Assembly (NCBI GenBank): GCA_030609055.1 | Contig: JAUWCZ010000002.1 | Span: 1-50,701 of the forward strand | Source: Chloroflexota bacterium | GTDB lineage: Bacteria; Chloroflexota; Anaerolineae; Anaerolineales; UBA11858 | Direction of reading: 5' to 3' | DNA length: 50,701 nucleotides | Shown here: in pieces, positions 47,487 through 50,701 of the stretch | How the letters are laid out: each line of letters opens with the position of its first letter | Numbering within the stretch: position 1 is the stretch's first letter | The notes under the pieces: generated by a model | Seen by the model: the letters and a program-made list of their open reading frames with translations, nothing else | Databases searched by the model: none | What the model was told of the DNA's origin: nothing | Made by a program: the position numbers and the translations under genes

Positions 47487-48077
47487 TCACAAGAATCGGG
47501 ATGTTTCCCGCCTGTACTCAGGATAGGTTTCCCCGTATTGTTCTTCAAGCCAGATTTCTTCTGCCAAAGGTGTAATCAAGAATACGAGAATTAATAAAAA
47601 ATGTGTGATCCAGAGATAAAGTGAATTTGCCATGAGACTCAATCCGAGGAACAATACCATATCCCCAATATATTGTGGGTTGCGAGTAAATCTGTAGGGT
47701 CCATCCTTGATAAATCCAGCTGGGAGCCCGGAGGTATTCTTTCCTCCCAATACCCGAATCGCCCAGATAAGTAAGAGAGGACCAATCAGAATAAGGGGTA
47801 CTCCGATAATTAATCTGAGAGGGCTTTTCATCACCCAAGAATTCCAATCGAAAATAATTAGTAAGGCGTTGAACCCAAAAACCAGATAGAAACTAATCCA
47901 TGTCAAGTAATATTGCCAGGTATTCTTAGACGGGGGAGGCCATATGCGTTTGCCGGGTACCGCGACAGACCAAATTACACCGATTAGAAGCACAAATAGA
48001 ACAACCACATCGACCCAGAATAGAGTTGAGACAAAATTTAGCATAAATAAAATCCTTTCTTCGAATGAATTGGACAT
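47487..48077 (-). CDS. Isoprenylcysteine carboxyl / phospholipid methyltransferase-family membrane protein
   Basis: 196 aa with 4-5 TM helices and GPYRFTRNPQYIGDMVLFLG plus EE..LEEQYGETYPEYRRETSRF motifs of the ICMT/PEMT superfamily. Confidence 0.7.
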   Translation of the reverse strand: MSNSFEERILFMLNFVSTLFWVDVVVLFVLLIGVIWSVAVPGKRIWPPPSKNTWQYYLTWISFYLVFGFNALLIIFDWNSWVMKSPLRLIIGVPLILIGPLLLIWAIRVLGGKNTSGLPAGFIKDGPYRFTRNPQYIGDMVLFLGLSLMANSLYLWITHFLLILVFLITPLAEEIWLEEQYGETYPEYRRETSRFL

Positions 48078-48183
48078 CCTTACGGATGTTCATTACTTAG
48101 CTCTTTGATCTTCTCCGCTTGACGTGTTTCCTCCTTCAGCTAAAAGACGGAGCTTTCCCCCAGACTGACCCATACGTGGGGAG
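48078..48183 (-). repeat. attC-like intergenic repeat, copy D (degenerate)
   Basis: The minus strand reads TAGCTCCCCACG...GAACATCCGTAAGGA immediately before the ATG of the 47487-48077 ORF. Its 5' and 3' blocks are related to copies A-C, but the AAC/GTT cores are eroded. Confidence 0.35.
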
Positions 48184-48597
48184 CTACTCCAGAATAAGGT
48201 TGAGTGTGTTGTAAATATGCATTCCCGTCTGCTCCTGATAGATATGGATGAACGTACCAACACTCAGGTCAATAGCTTGTTCGTAAGGCTGACCGCCGTC
48301 GACTATGACTTGGACAATGATGTCCTTCTTGGGAGATGAACCGACTGCGAGCATCTTTGTCCCTTGAAGCTGCGCAAACCCCTCAATCTCATCGGTGCCA
48401 ATCACGGAGATCACCTCGCGGTCATCAATCATGACCTGAACCGATTTTCCCAGGAAACCATAACCAAGTCCGACCTTGTATTCGTATTGAGGAGAAGGGT
48501 CGGTCACCCTCGGCTCTTCATGCGACTGAGTCTCGCCCATACAGGATGTGGTGAGGACGAGCATAAGTATTAGTAGTGTTGCATAACGTAAAATCAT
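48184..48597 (-). CDS. Hypothetical lipoprotein-like protein
   Basis: Start chosen at ATG 48597 (MILRYATLLILMLVLTTSC, a signal peptide with a lipobox-like Cys). I recognise no family. Confidence 0.45.
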   Translation of the reverse strand: MILRYATLLILMLVLTTSCMGETQSHEEPRVTDPSPQYEYKVGLGYGFLGKSVQVMIDDREVISVIGTDEIEGFAQLQGTKMLAVGSSPKKDIIVQVIVDGGQPYEQAIDLSVGTFIHIYQEQTGMHIYNTLNLILE

Positions 48598-48603
48598 ACG
48601 AGC

Positions 48604-48645
48604 TCCCAACGGATGATGTGTGCGAAGGGAAAGCGGAGGTTAGCC
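48604..48645 (-). repeat. attC-like intergenic repeat, copy C (short)
   Basis: The minus strand reads GGCTAAC-CTCCG-CTTTCCCTTCGCACACATCATCC-GTTGGGA. The TAA stop of the upstream ORF lies inside GGCTAAC. Confidence 0.4.
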
Positions 48646-49116
48646 GGCGAGTTCGTTGTCGGAAGAGGAGATGTCTACTCTCCAACGATTAGGAAAGAAT
48701 ACAATCCAGGAGATAGAGCCAAATAAAGTCATCAGGAACTGAAGGAAGGGAGAGATTAGAACCATTAAAATTATCCATCCAATAAAGCTTGCGCGAGGTG
48801 AATACAGGATCATTGGGATTCCAAAATTGGCTAGATCGCGGGTGGAATCAAATAGCCAGGTGAGGGTTGGAAGCCAGATGAACGCCATAATCACTAATGT
48901 CACCGCGGAAGGAATTAGTGCAGCTTTCAGAATTAACGAAAGATTTTGAGTAGATAGCTCGGACGGTGTCCGAAGAATCCTGGGAATAAACAATCCTAAA
49001 AGAAAACCAAGCAGGATTGTAAAAATCGGAACCCCCATACCCATGGCGATGGATAAGATCTCAAGAAATAAAAAAACAATAATCCGCAGTGGTTTATTAG
49101 ATATTACGCGCCTCAT
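48640..49116 (-). CDS. Hypothetical four-TM membrane protein
   Basis: 158-aa ORF with an ATG 10 nt after GGAG. It is hydrophobic throughout, and I recognise no family. Confidence 0.45.
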   Translation of the reverse strand: MRRVISNKPLRIIVFLFLEILSIAMGMGVPIFTILLGFLLGLFIPRILRTPSELSTQNLSLILKAALIPSAVTLVIMAFIWLPTLTWLFDSTRDLANFGIPMILYSPRASFIGWIILMVLISPFLQFLMTLFGSISWIVFFPNRWRVDISSSDNELAG

Positions 49117-49168
49117 CTAATGAATCTCCAATTAAGATACTTGTTATCTGAAGTGAATTCCCTTTGTC

Positions 49169-49273
49169 ACCTAACGGAAGAGCTTCGCGAAGCATCCTGA
49201 GCCTGCGAAGGGCACCCGTCCTGAGTAGCCCCGCAGGGGCGTATCGAAGGGTCAGGTGGAGCGGGGGTTAGCA
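49169..49273 (-). repeat. attC-like intergenic repeat, copy A
   Basis: The minus strand reads TGCTAAC-CCCCG-CTCCACCTGA...(internal hairpins GCCCC-TGC-GGGGC and GCTTCG/CGAAGC)...GAAGCTCTTCC-GTTAGGT. The 3' box matches GTTRRRY exactly. It starts 2 nt after the TAG stop of the 396-aa ORF. Confidence 0.45.
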
Positions 49274-49275
49274 CA

Positions 49276-50463
49276 CTAAAATGGTTTATACGATTCAATA
49301 TCAAGTATATCCGATAAGGATTTCCCTTTAAACAACCGCATCTTGTCCCCAATTAATAATGACTGATTGAGGTTATTTAAAACAGAAGTGTATTCTTGAC
49401 TCGCCCATGGGTTGTGGTAAAGACAAATAGTAGCGTCATGTATGCTCCAGGGTCTGAGATTTATAGCCACTAGTACACCACTGATCCGCGAATAACGTGG
49501 ACCGATTGGGTTTGTCCATGCGCCGTTTCTGATACGAGAGAAGACAATATCCTCTTCAGTTATTTTCCTATTTGGGTTGATGGGAACTTGGAATTGTTCT
49601 TGACCAAATAACGCATTCATAACATCTATTTCATCAACAAATTCGAGACAGTTGATTGCTACAACAAAAGGGCATGACAGTTTTCCATAGCGTTTAGCTT
49701 TTCTCGTTACAGCCCTTCGAATAGGAGTTCGATGATCTACAAATTCTACTTCACCAGAATGGATAACAATAGGACCTGGGGATGATGAGCTTTTTCTTTG
49801 GTCAAGAATAGGTATTGGTTCAAAAATCAAGACACAGCCATTTGCATTGAAGCTCCATTTTGGAAGTTTATTATATTTCTTATTGATGAATAATTCTTTG
49901 ATATTGTTAATTTCAAGGCTGTCGATATTCTTATTTAGCTCTGAAGCTATTTTTTTTGCGCTAGGTGGTTTTTTTGGAAAACCTTGACTTTCTAATGCAA
50001 GCCAGTAATCTCGCGAAACGATCATTCTATTCAAATTTTTTAATAACTCAGTCAATCTTTCTTCTTCTGCTTGCCTTTTTTTGGATTTTCCCGTCACCAC
50101 AGTTGCTTCAACATATGATTCGCAAGAATTTGAATCCACAATATAGAAATCTGGAACTGTTGTTTTCTCTGTTTCGGTTTCTTTATGTAATGTAACCTTG
50201 GCGTTCAATTTTAAATGCAATTCATGAAGGATTAATTCAAAAAATGCACTTTGAAAGCTTATTGAATTGGATGATTGGAACCTACCCTTTAAATCTTTTT
50301 TCCCCTGGCTTGGGAATAGTGTAAACCAATCTTCCAGCATATTGCGGATGGCAATGTATTCAGTAATCGTTGAAGTTGCTAAAGAATCATAATCAGATCT
50401 TGTACTCTTACCAATTATGATTTCTTTTAATGATTTATTATCGAAAAGCGTAATTTCGGACAT
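49276..50463 (-). CDS. Hypothetical protein on visibly AT-rich DNA, possible PD-(D/E)xK-like nuclease fold
   Basis: 395 aa from ATG 50463 (the track ORF begins one codon earlier at TTG). VPDFYIVDSNSCESYVEATVV resembles a PD...ExK-type core, but the Lys is not conserved. I recognise no family. Confidence 0.45.
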   Translation of the reverse strand: MSEITLFDNKSLKEIIIGKSTRSDYDSLATSTITEYIAIRNMLEDWFTLFPSQGKKDLKGRFQSSNSISFQSAFFELILHELHLKLNAKVTLHKETETEKTTVPDFYIVDSNSCESYVEATVVTGKSKKRQAEEERLTELLKNLNRMIVSRDYWLALESQGFPKKPPSAKKIASELNKNIDSLEINNIKELFINKKYNKLPKWSFNANGCVLIFEPIPILDQRKSSSSPGPIVIHSGEVEFVDHRTPIRRAVTRKAKRYGKLSCPFVVAINCLEFVDEIDVMNALFGQEQFQVPINPNRKITEEDIVFSRIRNGAWTNPIGPRYSRISGVLVAINLRPWSIHDATICLYHNPWASQEYTSVLNNLNQSLLIGDKMRLFKGKSLSDILDIESYKPF

Positions 50464-50493
50464 CAATATCCAAGAAGAAATACTATAATGTTG

Positions 50494-50551
50494 TGCTAAC
50501 GGATGAGCTCAGCGGCGCGATCCTCAGCGTCCGCTGGAGTGGGGGTTAGCT
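50494..50551 (-). repeat. attC-like intergenic repeat, copy B (best folded)
   Basis: The minus strand reads AGCTAAC-CCCCA-CTC(C)AGCGG-ACGCTGAGGATCGCG-CCGCTGAG-CTCATCC-GTTAGCA. TAAC/GTTA pair, the CCCCA/CTCATCC spacer is unpaired, CTC-AGCGG/CCGCT-GAG pair with one bulged C, and the loop is 15 nt. Confidence 0.5.
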
Positions 50552-50701
50552 GGCCAATTCACAGGTAGAGTTCCAAAAGCGGCCAAATTGCATCATTTGC
50601 TAATCTCGGTTTCTGAAACAATCGCTTCATTAACACTTGACCGGATATGAAGAGTCTTACCAGCTCCAAATCCAGACCTAGTTTCTGGATCATATGTATT
50701 G

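Noticed and set aside
49167-49352. 61-aa minus-strand ORF
   Set aside because: It is read through repeat A and the 3' end of the 396-aa ORF in another frame. It is a GC-rich repeat artefact.
48078-50551. CRISPR array interpretation of the repeated elements
   Set aside because: The repeats differ in length (42-106 nt) and sequence and are internally palindromic. The intervening segments are 400-1200 nt ORFs rather than short spacers.
50552-50701. Coding assignment for the last 150 nt
   Set aside because: Two minus-strand frames are open here: one ends at TGA 50593-50595, and the other runs to TGA ~50560-50562. There is too little sequence to decide, so it is only noted as a probable further cassette ORF.

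Overview
This is a compact bacterial chromosomal segment, about 90% coding and mostly housekeeping. I could not assign taxonomy from the window; the gene content (RNase Y, a four-subunit 2-oxoacid:ferredoxin oxidoreductase, PPDK, SelB, G5/3D wall proteins) suggests an anaerobic Chloroflexota- or Firmicutes-like organism, which is inference only. Recognisable genes are scpB (partial), a UDP-xylose-synthase-like SDR plus GtrA, rsmD, a class II aldolase, plsX, a tryptophanase-family lyase, rny, recX, an LMW-PTP with a fructosamine-kinase-like gene, a GH13 enzyme, ppdK, rplU-rpmA-rpmE, tdk, hpt, a CCA-adding-family enzyme, two ABC exporter half-pairs, rsmA, folK and selB. RNA genes read directly from the sequence are tRNA-Leu(GAG), tRNA-Ser(GGA) and a small SRP (4.5S-type) RNA; the tRNA-Leu and the SRP RNA are each preceded by a consensus TTGACA -35 box at standard spacing from its -10 box (TATAAT for tRNA-Leu, TATCAT for the SRP RNA). 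The most unusual part is the last ~3.3 kb (47.4-50.7 kb). There, four same-strand ORFs of heterogeneous composition are separated by one family of structured repeats whose ends resemble integron attC R''/R' boxes, so this may be a gene-cassette array running off the window. Other points worth a second look:
- a 565-nt ORF-free, hairpin-rich gap upstream of recX
- an L31 fused to an RNA polymerase alpha-CTD-like domain
- an SPFH (YdjI-like) protein with a C-terminal excisionase-type HTH
- an orphan, degenerate antiporter-like (NuoL/N + HyfE-like) membrane module after folK
- a decayed M29 aminopeptidase pseudogene
- a recurring CCCGGAG-core palindrome used as an intergenic hairpin
No CRISPR array, rRNA, transposase or phage gene was seen.
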